Notes: generated from the sequence alone by a model not told the origin. A DNA stretch of 39,266 nucleotides from Rickettsiales bacterium (GCA_002715305.1 PAYV01000007.1:1-39266), one strand, 5' to 3'. Numbered from the stretch's first letter, positions 16,179 to 24,917 are shown. Translations and numbers: made by a program.

Positions 16179-18047
16179 CTAAATCTCTCTTGTTATAAAG
16201 GTTTTAATAAAGTAATTTAAATATAGCATCGACCAAATATGTAATCTGTTATTTCTTTGGCCCTTTATGTGCTCGTCTACTTTTTTTTTGACAATTTTAA
16301 AGTCAAGATATTTAAAAATATCTTGATTTTTGTCTAGCAAGTTATCTTTAACAAAATCAATACTTTGGCCTTTGAACCATGATTTATCAGGTCCAGAAAA
16401 GCCTTGTTTCCTTTCATTAGAAATATCAAATGGAAGGATATCATGAATTGCTTCACGAAGTATTAATTTTCCATCATTATAATTATTATAAAAATAATCA
16501 ACTTTATTTTCATTTGTATTTTCATCGAAACTAAAATTTTTATTAATATTTTTTAGCTTCATCTTTAATGGAATTTGTGATGCTAGTTCACATAATTCAT
16601 TATCCAAAAAAGGAACTCTAGTTTCTAATGAATGAGCCATTGATAATTTATCTTCAACAATTAGTAAACCATGAAGAAATGTTTTTATCTCAAATTTTAA
16701 AGAGTAATTAATTAAATCAGTATGGGTAGGATTATTTTTTTTTATATTTATTATTGATTTAAACTTTTCAAAAAACATAAATTTTTCATATTTCTTCCCT
16801 AGTAATTTATTTAGTTCTTTATGGTCGAATAATCTATTCCAAAAACTGAAATATTGATTATAAAAATGATCGGTATTATTTAAAACCTTATTCTTATAGT
16901 ATCTCCAAGGGTAACCAGCAAATAATTCGTCTCCACCTATACCGGTTAATAAAACTTTTCCAAAATTACTAGCTAATTTCGATGCGTAATAATTTGGGTA
17001 ACTTTGTCCAACTCTTGGTTCTTCAAGATGCCAAACGATTTTTTTGAAGGCTCTTTCCATGTCTCCTGACTTCAGTACTAATTCATAATGTTCAGTTCCT
17101 AATTCAGCTGAAACTTTTTCTGCTTTCTTTCTCTCATCAAAAAAAAGCTCAACACCAGAAACAGAATCCATATTAAATCCAATTGTGAACGTTTTCATTT
17201 TTTTTATTTTATTACTTGCAAGTGCTGTAATTACACCTGAGTCAATTCCGCCACTTAAATAAGAAGATACAGGAACATCACTTATAATTTGATTATTTAC
17301 AGCATTATTGAGAGCATTCTTAAGTTTAATCTTTGTTTTATTAAAATCAGAAAGTTCAGAGTTTTCTTCAAAATTAAATTCAAAATAATCCCTTTTTTGA
17401 ATATCTCCATCAAGAGATAATTTCAAAAATGAGCCGGGTTTTAGAATCTTAACATTTTTAAATAAAGTATCGCAATCTATAAAATTCTGAAATGTTAAAT
17501 ATTCAGCAAGACTATCTGAACATATCTGCAGTTTATTTTCTGGATAAAATAAAAAAGACTTAATTTCTGAAGAAAATAAAAAGAAGTCTTTTTTTTTATA
17601 GTAATAAATTGGTTTTATACCGAATCTATCTCTGGCAAGAATAAGTTCTTTTTTTTCTTTATTAAAAATCGAAAAAGAAAACATTCCATTAAATTTTAAT
17701 AAACATTCAGGTCCCCACTCGATAAATGAATTGAGAACAACCTCAGTATCACTTTGTGAAAAAAATTTATAACCACGTTTTTTTAATATTTCTCGCAATA
17801 AAAGAAAATTATATATTTCCCCATTATAAGAAATGACCCATTCTCCATTTTTTGATTGCATTGGTTGAGAGCCTTTATTTGATAGATCAATGATTGAAAG
17901 CCTGGTATGACCTAAAGCAAGGTTTCTAAAAATATATTGTCCTTTTCCATCTGGACCTCTATGACCAAGAGACTCGATCATTTTTTGAAGAATATTAGCA
18001 TTCGCTTTATTTTTTTTTAAATCAATAAAACCAACAATGCCACACAT
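16179..18047 (-). CDS. asnB: asparagine synthase (glutamine-hydrolysing) family amidotransferase, copy 1 (WbpS-like)
   Basis: 622 aa. N-terminal MCGIVGF (Ntn Cys2), HRGPDG, and PP-loop YLSGGIDSGVI. Confidence 0.8.
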   Translation of the reverse strand: MCGIVGFIDLKKNKANANILQKMIESLGHRGPDGKGQYIFRNLALGHTRLSIIDLSNKGSQPMQSKNGEWVISYNGEIYNFLLLREILKKRGYKFFSQSDTEVVLNSFIEWGPECLLKFNGMFSFSIFNKEKKELILARDRFGIKPIYYYKKKDFFLFSSEIKSFLFYPENKLQICSDSLAEYLTFQNFIDCDTLFKNVKILKPGSFLKLSLDGDIQKRDYFEFNFEENSELSDFNKTKIKLKNALNNAVNNQIISDVPVSSYLSGGIDSGVITALASNKIKKMKTFTIGFNMDSVSGVELFFDERKKAEKVSAELGTEHYELVLKSGDMERAFKKIVWHLEEPRVGQSYPNYYASKLASNFGKVLLTGIGGDELFAGYPWRYYKNKVLNNTDHFYNQYFSFWNRLFDHKELNKLLGKKYEKFMFFEKFKSIINIKKNNPTHTDLINYSLKFEIKTFLHGLLIVEDKLSMAHSLETRVPFLDNELCELASQIPLKMKLKNINKNFSFDENTNENKVDYFYNNYNDGKLILREAIHDILPFDISNERKQGFSGPDKSWFKGQSIDFVKDNLLDKNQDIFKYLDFKIVKKKVDEHIKGQRNNRLHIWSMLYLNYFIKTFITREI

Positions 18048-18050
18048 GAC

Positions 18051-19025
18051 TTATTTTTTTACCTTCTTTAGTTTTTTTTCTCTCCAAGTAATTAAGTCTT
18101 TTAACCCTTCTGCTAGACCTACTTTACTTATGAATTTTAAATCTACCTCAGCTTTTTTTACTGATCCAATTCTATTTTTAACGAGTGTGCTATTGAAATT
18201 TTTTTTGAATTTAATTTTTTTTTTTTTTCCCACTAAATCATAAAGTGTTTCAGCAAGATTAAGAAGAGAGGTTTTTTTTCCGGTTCCAACATTATAAAAA
18301 CCTTTTTTTACATCAGAAGACATAGCTAAGATATTTGATCGAGCGCAATCCTTGACTGAAATGAAGTCAAATGACTCACTGCCATCTCCAAAAATAGTTA
18401 CATGTTTATTTTTATCAATAGCATCTAACATTCGCATTATTACAGCAACGTAAGCTCCTGAATAATCTTGTCTTGGTCCGTAAACATTCATATATCTTAG
18501 ACCAACAAAATTTAAGTCATATCTATGATGAAACGCATTGAGCATAGATTCTCCACATATCTTTGTTGCACCATAAAAATTTTTAGAATTAAAAGGATGT
18601 TTTTCTGTCATTGGTTCCTCCTCTGCATCACCATATACTGATGCTGATGAAGAAAAGATAAGTTTTTTTATTTTTTTCTTTATACAACAATTTAATATAT
18701 TGAATGTTCCTTCAATATTAGTTTTGAAGGCTGATTCAGGATATTCATGACATTGAAGTAACCACAATGCTGCAAAATGAAAAACTCCATCAATACCACT
18801 CATTGATTTTTCTAAAATATCTTTTTGAAGAATACCCCCGCCATGATCAAAAACTTTTACTTTAGGATTTTTTAGTGCTTCAGACAAATTTTCAGTTCTA
18901 CCGCGAAAAAAATTATCAAATACAATAATTTCTTTTATATTTTCTCGTAAAAGTAAATCAACTGTGTGTGAACCAATCAATCCTGCTCCACCAATAACTA
19001 AAAATTTTTTATTTTTTAAAATCAT
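18051..19025 (-). CDS. NAD-dependent epimerase/dehydratase (extended SDR, WbpP/TviC-like or UDP-uronate decarboxylase-like)
   Basis: 324 aa. VIGGAGLIGSH, SSSASVYG, YGATKICGE (YxxxK), RYMNVYGPRQ. The exact reaction cannot be assigned from sequence alone. Confidence 0.7.
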   Translation of the reverse strand: MILKNKKFLVIGGAGLIGSHTVDLLLRENIKEIIVFDNFFRGRTENLSEALKNPKVKVFDHGGGILQKDILEKSMSGIDGVFHFAALWLLQCHEYPESAFKTNIEGTFNILNCCIKKKIKKLIFSSSASVYGDAEEEPMTEKHPFNSKNFYGATKICGESMLNAFHHRYDLNFVGLRYMNVYGPRQDYSGAYVAVIMRMLDAIDKNKHVTIFGDGSESFDFISVKDCARSNILAMSSDVKKGFYNVGTGKKTSLLNLAETLYDLVGKKKKIKFKKNFNSTLVKNRIGSVKKAEVDLKFISKVGLAEGLKDLITWREKKLKKVKK

Positions 19026-20176
19026 TTTTTATAGAAATTATTTATTGTTTCAGCAATGTACTCAGCTTGACTATTACACATATAACCGTGAATTGGAATG
19101 CTTAATACTTCTTTGCAAGCTTCTTCACAATTTATAAGTGAATTGTTAAAATTCGTAAATTTTTTATATGCCTTTTGCTTATTAAGTGGTTTCGGATAGT
19201 AGATCATCGTTGGAATTTTTTTTTGTAATAAAAATTCTTTTAAATTATCTCTATTTTTTGTTCTTATTGTGAATTGTGACCATACTGAATAAGATTTATC
19301 TTGTTTATCTGGTAATTTGATATTTTTACATAAATTTTTTAAATAAAAATCTGATATTTCGTTTCTTCTTTTTATCTCTTTTTTAAATAATTTTAATTTC
19401 TCAAGTAAAACACTAGCTTGGATGGAATCAAGTCTACTGTTTAATCCTACAAAAATATTATCGTACTTATTTTCACCTTTGCCGTGGATTTTAAGAGAAG
19501 AAATCTTTGACGCTAATTTTTCTGACTCTGTAAATACACAACCTCCATCTCCATAACAACCAAGAGGTTTAGAAGGAAAAAAACTTGTTGTTGTAACATC
19601 AGAATATAATGTTATTGATTTTTTATTATATTTTGATCCAAATGCTTGAGCTCCGTCATTTATCCATAAAAGATTATTTTCTTTACAGACCTCCAACAAT
19701 TCTGAATAATTTGCAGGTTCACCAAATAAATCTGCTGTAATTATACCCTTAATTTTAATCTTTTCATTTCTAGCTTTAATTATAATTTTTTTTAGTTCAT
19801 TAATATTTATTGAGAAATTATCTTTATTAATATCTACAAAAATTGGTTTGACTCCTAACTGTGTTGGTGATTCAACAGTTGAAATAAAACCAAAAGCTGG
19901 TGTTATAATATAATCGTCAGATTTAAAGTCTAATGCCATTAGAGCTAATGTAATTGCATCGGTACCATTGGCACAAGTTATTGAAAACTTACTTTTACAA
20001 AAATTAGATAACTCGGTTTCAAGTTTTTTTACCTCGGGTCCCATTATAAACTTTCCACGTTCAAGTGTTTTTTGAATTGATTGATTAATTTTTTTTTTAT
20101 TTACATCTAACTGTATATCAATTCCACTAAATGAAATTTTTCTTGAGCTATATAATTGATCTTTATTTTTTTTCAT
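19022..20176 (-). CDS. DegT-family aminotransferase, WbpE/WlbC-like
   Basis: FIMGPEVKKLETELSNFC, ITCANGTDAITLAL, NDGAQAFGS, TTSFFPSKPLGCYGDGG. The start is taken at the internal ATG 20176 (MKKNKDQ...). The track start at 20293 would overlap the upstream acetyltransferase gene by 131 nt. Confidence 0.75.
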   Translation of the reverse strand: MKKNKDQLYSSRKISFSGIDIQLDVNKKKINQSIQKTLERGKFIMGPEVKKLETELSNFCKSKFSITCANGTDAITLALMALDFKSDDYIITPAFGFISTVESPTQLGVKPIFVDINKDNFSININELKKIIIKARNEKIKIKGIITADLFGEPANYSELLEVCKENNLLWINDGAQAFGSKYNKKSITLYSDVTTTSFFPSKPLGCYGDGGCVFTESEKLASKISSLKIHGKGENKYDNIFVGLNSRLDSIQASVLLEKLKLFKKEIKRRNEISDFYLKNLCKNIKLPDKQDKSYSVWSQFTIRTKNRDNLKEFLLQKKIPTMIYYPKPLNKQKAYKKFTNFNNSLINCEEACKEVLSIPIHGYMCNSQAEYIAETINNFYKK

Positions 20177-20732
20177 GAACCAAAAACCCATTTTTAATGA
20201 TATAAAAATTTTTTTCTCTTGGACATTTAAGATTTTTATCCAAAACCTCACCTGCATGACTAACCCATCCTTTTTGAATTGCTGGAACCCCAATCATAAG
20301 AGAATGTGGCCTGCAATCTTTAGTCAAAACCGCACCAGCTGCTATTAAAGAAAATGAACCAACTTTTGTTCCGCAAATTATAGTTGCATTAGCACCAATA
20401 GATGCACCTTCAAAAACATGAGTTTTTAAAAATTCATTTTTCCTTGAAACAAAACTTCTCGGAGTTTTTACATTAGTAAAAACTACACTAGGACCACAAA
20501 ATACATTATCTTCTATTATAATATTCTCATAAATCGAAACATTATTTTGAATTTTGACTCCATCACCAATTACTACATTTTCTCCCACAAAAACATTCTG
20601 ACCTAGAATACATTCTTTCCCAATCTTGGCACCTTTTGAAATATGAGAAAAATGCCAAATCTTTGTATTGTCTCCAATTTCAACCTTCTGGTCAACAAAA
20701 GAACTTTTATGAATAAAAAATTTATTTTTCAT
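20163..20732 (-). CDS. hexapeptide-repeat (left-handed beta-helix) N-acetyltransferase, WbpD/WlbB-like
   Basis: 189 aa. Repeated [LIV]G-x4 hexapeptides (VEIGDNTKIWHFSHISKGAKIGKECILGQNVFVGENVVIGDGVKIQNNVSI) and the FTNVKTPRS segment seen in WbpD-type enzymes. Confidence 0.75.
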   Translation of the reverse strand: MKNKFFIHKSSFVDQKVEIGDNTKIWHFSHISKGAKIGKECILGQNVFVGENVVIGDGVKIQNNVSIYENIIIEDNVFCGPSVVFTNVKTPRSFVSRKNEFLKTHVFEGASIGANATIICGTKVGSFSLIAAGAVLTKDCRPHSLMIGVPAIQKGWVSHAGEVLDKNLKCPREKNFYIIKNGFLVHEKK

Positions 20733-21669
20733 TAATAAATTTCTTAGCTAAGGGATGATATTCCTCAATAAGAGGACTGATTTTTTTATGTCTAAGTTCA
20801 TAAACTGTTCTGATGGAATCTTCTGTATCATTTATTTGATAACCTTCATTACATAAAATTTTTTCATATGATATTGTATGAAGATCTTCAAAACCTTTAT
20901 TTAAATCAATTTTCTTACCATTTATAATCAATTCTTTAAATGTATTTTGTTTATTTTTAACTTTTGTAGGTAAATGATCAAAATTTAATGATAAAAACCA
21001 TCTCACTCTAGCATTTTTAAAATTAATTATTCCTGCTGCAAAATCTCTTTTTCTTATATGAATTTTTGTTGACTCAACTTTTCCATAAATCCAGCATAAT
21101 AAATCAAAAAAATGAATTCCTATATTTAATAAAATACCTCCAGATTTAGATTCATCTCCTTTCCAACTGTTATAATACCAATTTCCTCTTCCTGTTATGT
21201 AGGTTAAATCTATATCAGAGATTTGTTTAGAATTTTCTTCATTATTTTTTAGCTTTATAACATTCGACAGATATCTCAATTGAAGAATTGTGAAAACATT
21301 TTTTTTATTTTCCTGAGACATTTTTAAAATTGAATCAAGGTTCCAAGGATTAATAACAATTGGTTTTTCACAAATTACATGACTCCCAGATCTTAAAGAG
21401 AAACGAATATGTGAATCATGAAGATAATTGGGTGAACAAATACTTATAAAATTTATTTTTTTATTTTGAATTCTAAGTTTATCCAAATATCTATCAAATC
21501 TCTCTAACTCAACAAAAAAATGAGTTTTTGGAAAAAATTTATCTAAAATTCCGATGCTATCAAACGGATCATATGCTGCTAACAATTTATTACCAGTATC
21601 ATGAATAGCCTTCATATGTCTTGGAGCAACGAAACCTGAGGCACCAATTATTGCAAATTTTTTAGACAT
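20722..21669 (-). CDS. Gfo/Idh/MocA family oxidoreductase, WbpB/WlbA-like
   Basis: 315 aa. KFAIIGASGFVAPRHMKAIHDTGNKLLAAYDP N-terminal Rossmann fold and EKP motif (VICEKPIV). It is adjacent to WbpD-like and WbpE-like genes in the canonical order. Confidence 0.75.
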   Translation of the reverse strand: MSKKFAIIGASGFVAPRHMKAIHDTGNKLLAAYDPFDSIGILDKFFPKTHFFVELERFDRYLDKLRIQNKKINFISICSPNYLHDSHIRFSLRSGSHVICEKPIVINPWNLDSILKMSQENKKNVFTILQLRYLSNVIKLKNNEENSKQISDIDLTYITGRGNWYYNSWKGDESKSGGILLNIGIHFFDLLCWIYGKVESTKIHIRKRDFAAGIINFKNARVRWFLSLNFDHLPTKVKNKQNTFKELIINGKKIDLNKGFEDLHTISYEKILCNEGYQINDTEDSIRTVYELRHKKISPLIEEYHPLAKKFINEK

Positions 21670-21681
21670 AATTCTTTTTCT

Positions 21682-23595
21682 TTAAATATTAACTGTTTTT
21701 TTTTTAAAATTATCTAACCATGCCTGAAATGTTAGTACATTCCAAAGCAAGTACTTATTATTTATAATATTAATTTTATTTTCTTTAATTTTAAAAATCT
21801 CATCGTAGTCATAAAAACCTTCTTCGATAATTTTTTTTCTATCTAAAGTATCATGCATCCAGCTATGCAATTTACCGGTAAGCCACTCTCCAAGCGGCAC
21901 ACCAAATCCCATTTTAGGTCTTAAAAATAGATCCTCAGGTAAATAATTATTTAGGATTCTTTTAAGAATAATTTTTTTTTCCTTAAATTTTTGGTCAAGT
22001 TTCCATGATGATTCAATTACATCTTTATTTAAATATGGTACTCTTACTTCTTGCGAACAAAACATACTTGCTCTGTCTACTTTTGTAAGAATATCATCAG
22101 GAAGATAATGTAACATATCTTCCAACTGCATAAATTCGAAAAAATTTTTACAATCTAAACCATCGTTTAAACCTAAATTTATAGATGAAGTGAAGTCCTT
22201 TATGAGTTTATCAGAATTATGTTTAGTACTAATTAAAGTTTCATATATAAAACTATCTTTCTCACTTAAAATTAAAAATACTTTTTTTAATTTATCCATT
22301 AGTTGAGGTATTCTTGAAATATTAAATCTTTCATAGAATTGTAAACCATATCTTTGAAAAAAATATAGAAACAATTTTGAGATGTTTGTTAACAAAAACT
22401 TTGGAACTAATCTTTTCATAGCTCTGATTTTATCAGCATAAAAATATCTATTATAACCACCAAATAATTCATCAGCACCATCACCAGAAAGTACTACTTT
22501 TACATATTTCTTTGACATTTTAGAAACTAAGTAAGTTGGAATTTGTGATGAATCACCAAATGGTTCAGAATATATTTCTGGTAACTTTGGAATAACATCC
22601 AAAAGGTCATTGTCAGATAAATACAATTCATGATGATCTGTTCCTAAATATTTTGCAATTTTTTTTGAATGTTGTGCTTCATTATATTTGTTTTCATTAA
22701 AACCTATTGAAAAAGTTTTAAGGTTCTTAGTATGGTTATTCATGATTGATACTAATAAAGATGAATCAATGCCACCAGATAAAAAGGCACCTGTTGGTAC
22801 ATCAGAAATCATAGAGCTTTTAATTGATTGAGTAATTTTTTTTTCAATTTCTGAATCTATTTGATGTGAACTTAGTCCAGAAAATTTTGAATAATTTTTT
22901 AGTGATTTTGAATCCCAATATTTGTAATTTATTTTTTTTCTAAAAATATCAACACTTAAAATCTCTCCTGGTTTTAGTTTATGAACATTTTCAAAAATTG
23001 AATTTGGAGCTCTAATGTAACCATATTTTAGTAACTGTGATAAAGATGTTTTATTTATCTTCGGATCAAAATTTGGAATTGTTTTTAAACATCGAAGATC
23101 TGAACAAAAGAAAAAAAAATCATTGTTAAGTGTCCAGTAAATCGGCTTTATTCCAACTCTGTCTCTTGCAAGATAGATACTTCTTTTTTTTTCATCCCAT
23201 AAAGCTAATGAAAACATCCCATCCATATTTTTTACTGAATTTTCTAAGCCAAATTTAGATATATATTCCAAAATCACTTCGGTATCAGAGTTTCCTTTAA
23301 ATGATACATCCTTTTCAAGTTCCCTCTTTAAACTTAAATAATTATAAACTTCACCGTTATATGAAATAACAAAATTTCCTGAATTTGATGTCATTGGTTG
23401 ATTTCCGTTTGAGGACAAATCAATTATAGAGAGTCGATTATGAGCTAAAGCAACTTGATTATTTTCATGAAGCCAGAAAGAGTTATTATCTGGTCCCCTA
23501 AAATTTTGAGATTTTAAAGCTTTCTGAAGAATATTTATTATATTCTTTTTCCCAAACTTATTATTAAAATCAATTAGTCCTATTATTCCACACAT
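21682..23595 (-). CDS. asnB: asparagine synthase (glutamine-hydrolysing) family amidotransferase, copy 2
   Basis: 637 aa. MCGIIGL (Ntn Cys2), FRGPDN, and PP-loop FLSGGIDSSLL. It is the first biosynthetic gene after the ops-like element. Confidence 0.8.
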   Translation of the reverse strand: MCGIIGLIDFNNKFGKKNIINILQKALKSQNFRGPDNNSFWLHENNQVALAHNRLSIIDLSSNGNQPMTSNSGNFVISYNGEVYNYLSLKRELEKDVSFKGNSDTEVILEYISKFGLENSVKNMDGMFSLALWDEKKRSIYLARDRVGIKPIYWTLNNDFFFFCSDLRCLKTIPNFDPKINKTSLSQLLKYGYIRAPNSIFENVHKLKPGEILSVDIFRKKINYKYWDSKSLKNYSKFSGLSSHQIDSEIEKKITQSIKSSMISDVPTGAFLSGGIDSSLLVSIMNNHTKNLKTFSIGFNENKYNEAQHSKKIAKYLGTDHHELYLSDNDLLDVIPKLPEIYSEPFGDSSQIPTYLVSKMSKKYVKVVLSGDGADELFGGYNRYFYADKIRAMKRLVPKFLLTNISKLFLYFFQRYGLQFYERFNISRIPQLMDKLKKVFLILSEKDSFIYETLISTKHNSDKLIKDFTSSINLGLNDGLDCKNFFEFMQLEDMLHYLPDDILTKVDRASMFCSQEVRVPYLNKDVIESSWKLDQKFKEKKIILKRILNNYLPEDLFLRPKMGFGVPLGEWLTGKLHSWMHDTLDRKKIIEEGFYDYDEIFKIKENKINIINNKYLLWNVLTFQAWLDNFKKKTVNI

Positions 23596-23620
23596 AATCT
23601 TCTTTGAGTTTTTTTAATCA

Positions 23621-23633
23621 ATAGCTACCGCAA
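23621..23633 (-). promoter_or_regulatory. ops-like element copy 1 (TGCGGTAGCTATT on the coding strand)
   Basis: Plus strand AATAGCTACCGCA sits in the 80-nt gap between the RfaH-like gene stop (23676) and the asnB-like ATG (23595). GCGGTAGC is identical to positions 2-9 of E. coli ops. An exact 13-nt duplicate lies at 7731-7743. Confidence 0.55.
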
Positions 23634-23675
23634 TTCCAAGAGCAATCAAGGAATGGAAAATAAAAGTAGAATTAT

Positions 23676-24185
23676 TTAGTTTGGCAAAATGCAATCTTTT
23701 TCCAAGACTAAAGTTTTTTTATTCGAAATAAAATCTAGTAAAATTTTTATTCTATTATTTCCTACCATAGAAATTATTTCTCCAAACATTCTTTTGAAAG
23801 GTCCTTTTACTACTATGACACTTGAACTTGGTTTAAAAAAATAAATTTGTTTATTTATTAAACCATCATTGTTGGCGTGAAATCTTAAATTTTCTATAAA
23901 ACTCTTATCTATTTGTGAGGGAATAGAACCTATTGATAAAACTTTTTTTACTCCCTGTGTATACCTTATTTTTAACCATTGATAATTACTGAGATTGAAC
24001 TTTACAAAAATATATGACGGAAATAAAAATTCTTTTACAATCTTACCAATCTTACCATTCAATTTTTCTGTTTCAAAATAAGGACTGAAAGCATCAAAGT
24101 TCTGATTTCTTAGATTTTTTATTGCTCTATCTTCTTGGTTTGGTTTACACATTACAACAAACCAATTTTTTTCATTTTTTTCCAT
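23676..24185 (-). CDS. rfaH: NusG-family paralogue, RfaH-like transcription antiterminator
   Basis: 169 aa from ATG 24185. NGN domain WFVVMCKPNQEDRAIKNLRNQNFDAFSPYFETEKL...FLFPSYIFVKFNLSNYQWLKIRYTQGVKKVL. KOW-like C-terminus SVIVVKGPFKRMFGEIISMVGNNRIKILLDF. ATG 24185 overlaps the upstream stop by 14 nt. The track start at 24299 is over-extended into the regulator gene. Confidence 0.75.
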   Translation of the reverse strand: MEKNEKNWFVVMCKPNQEDRAIKNLRNQNFDAFSPYFETEKLNGKIGKIVKEFLFPSYIFVKFNLSNYQWLKIRYTQGVKKVLSIGSIPSQIDKSFIENLRFHANNDGLINKQIYFFKPSSSVIVVKGPFKRMFGEIISMVGNNRIKILLDFISNKKTLVLEKDCILPN

Positions 24186-24795
24186 ATTTTTTCTTTGGTT
24201 TGAAATTTGGTTTATTTCTACTAATAAAAAGCGAACTAACTGTAAATATTTTATTCTCATGATAATTTTCAGCAATTTTAAAATAAATTTCTTGAGCATT
24301 ATCAGTAGAACACAATAAAAATTTGAGGTTTTTTGAATTTTCTGGAATCTTTTTAATTATAGGTATATTAAAATAAAATTTTTTTTTTGTTTTTGGTTCA
24401 ATAACACCGATAATATTAGCATTAAATTCATTGGCCGAAAGAATTGCAATTTCACTTATTTCACTAATACCATAAATGATGAATTCACAGCTTAAATTTT
24501 CAGAAAAGAGTTGATTAAACTCCTTTCTCATAGATCTAAACAATGATAAAGAATCATTTAAATAGTTTAAAACAAGTTTAGATTTTTCAGAAAAACCCTC
24601 TGGAGTCAGATAATATACAAATCTTTTATAAGGAGCTTGTTGAACTTTTATTATACCTTTTTTTAAAAATTTTTTTATTAAAGCGTTGACGAAGCCAATA
24701 GATACAGAGATCTTGTTAGATATATTTTTTTGAGTAACCTCTTTTCCTTCTTCAAGAGAAGATAAAAAATCAAGTTCAGAATTCTTTTTTTTCAC
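24172..24795 (-). CDS. winged-helix (MarR-like, EPS-associated type) transcriptional regulator with a C-terminal Rossmann-like domain
   Basis: 207 aa. The N-terminus TQKNISNKISVSIGFVNALIKKFLKKGIIKVQQAPYKRFVYYLTPEGFSEK is a typical wHTH. The C-terminal half (FIIYGISEISEIAILSANEFNANIIGVIEP) resembles the N-terminal nucleotide-binding-like module of NeuD/sugar-transferase proteins. GTG start at 24795. Confidence 0.55.
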   Translation of the reverse strand: MKKKNSELDFLSSLEEGKEVTQKNISNKISVSIGFVNALIKKFLKKGIIKVQQAPYKRFVYYLTPEGFSEKSKLVLNYLNDSLSLFRSMRKEFNQLFSENLSCEFIIYGISEISEIAILSANEFNANIIGVIEPKTKKKFYFNIPIIKKIPENSKNLKFLLCSTDNAQEIYFKIAENYHENKIFTVSSLFISRNKPNFKPKKKYGKK

Positions 24796-24801
24796 AATAT
24801 C

Positions 24802-24829
24802 ATTATATCATCAAATAATTGTAATTCAA
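24802..24829 (-). promoter_or_regulatory. candidate sigma70-type promoter (TTGAAT-16 nt-TATAAT) upstream of the regulator/rfaH-like genes
   Basis: On the minus strand, TTGAAT (24829-24824), a 16-nt spacer, then TATAAT (24807-24802). The hexamers and spacing are the same as the candidate at 7806-7833. The -10 ends only 6 nt before GTG 24795, so either the mRNA is nearly leaderless or the true start codon or promoter differs. Confidence 0.3.
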
Positions 24830-24836
24830 GTATTGA

Positions 24837-24853
24837 AATTCACTGTGTGAATT
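24837..24853. promoter_or_regulatory. perfect inverted repeat AATTCAC-N3-GTGAATT, candidate operator
   Basis: 17-bp palindrome with 7-bp arms, read directly from the sequence. It lies immediately upstream of the candidate -35, in the 122-nt gap between fcl and the wHTH regulator gene. Confidence 0.4.
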
Positions 24854-24917
24854 TTAAGTTGAAATAAAGTTTTGTTGTTTGTTTTTATATGGCTTTAATA
24901 TTTAAAATAAACAAAAA

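Noticed and set aside
19022-20293. Over-extended N-termini in the track (19022-20293, 23676-24299, 6429-6869, 5375-6463, 26100, 35956)
   Set aside because: The longest-ORF starts (several are TTG/GTG) would create 30-130-nt overlaps with upstream genes and add non-homologous residues. Internal ATGs at 20176, 24185, 6839, 6436, 26118 and 35962 give the short overlaps typical of this operon and begin where homology begins.
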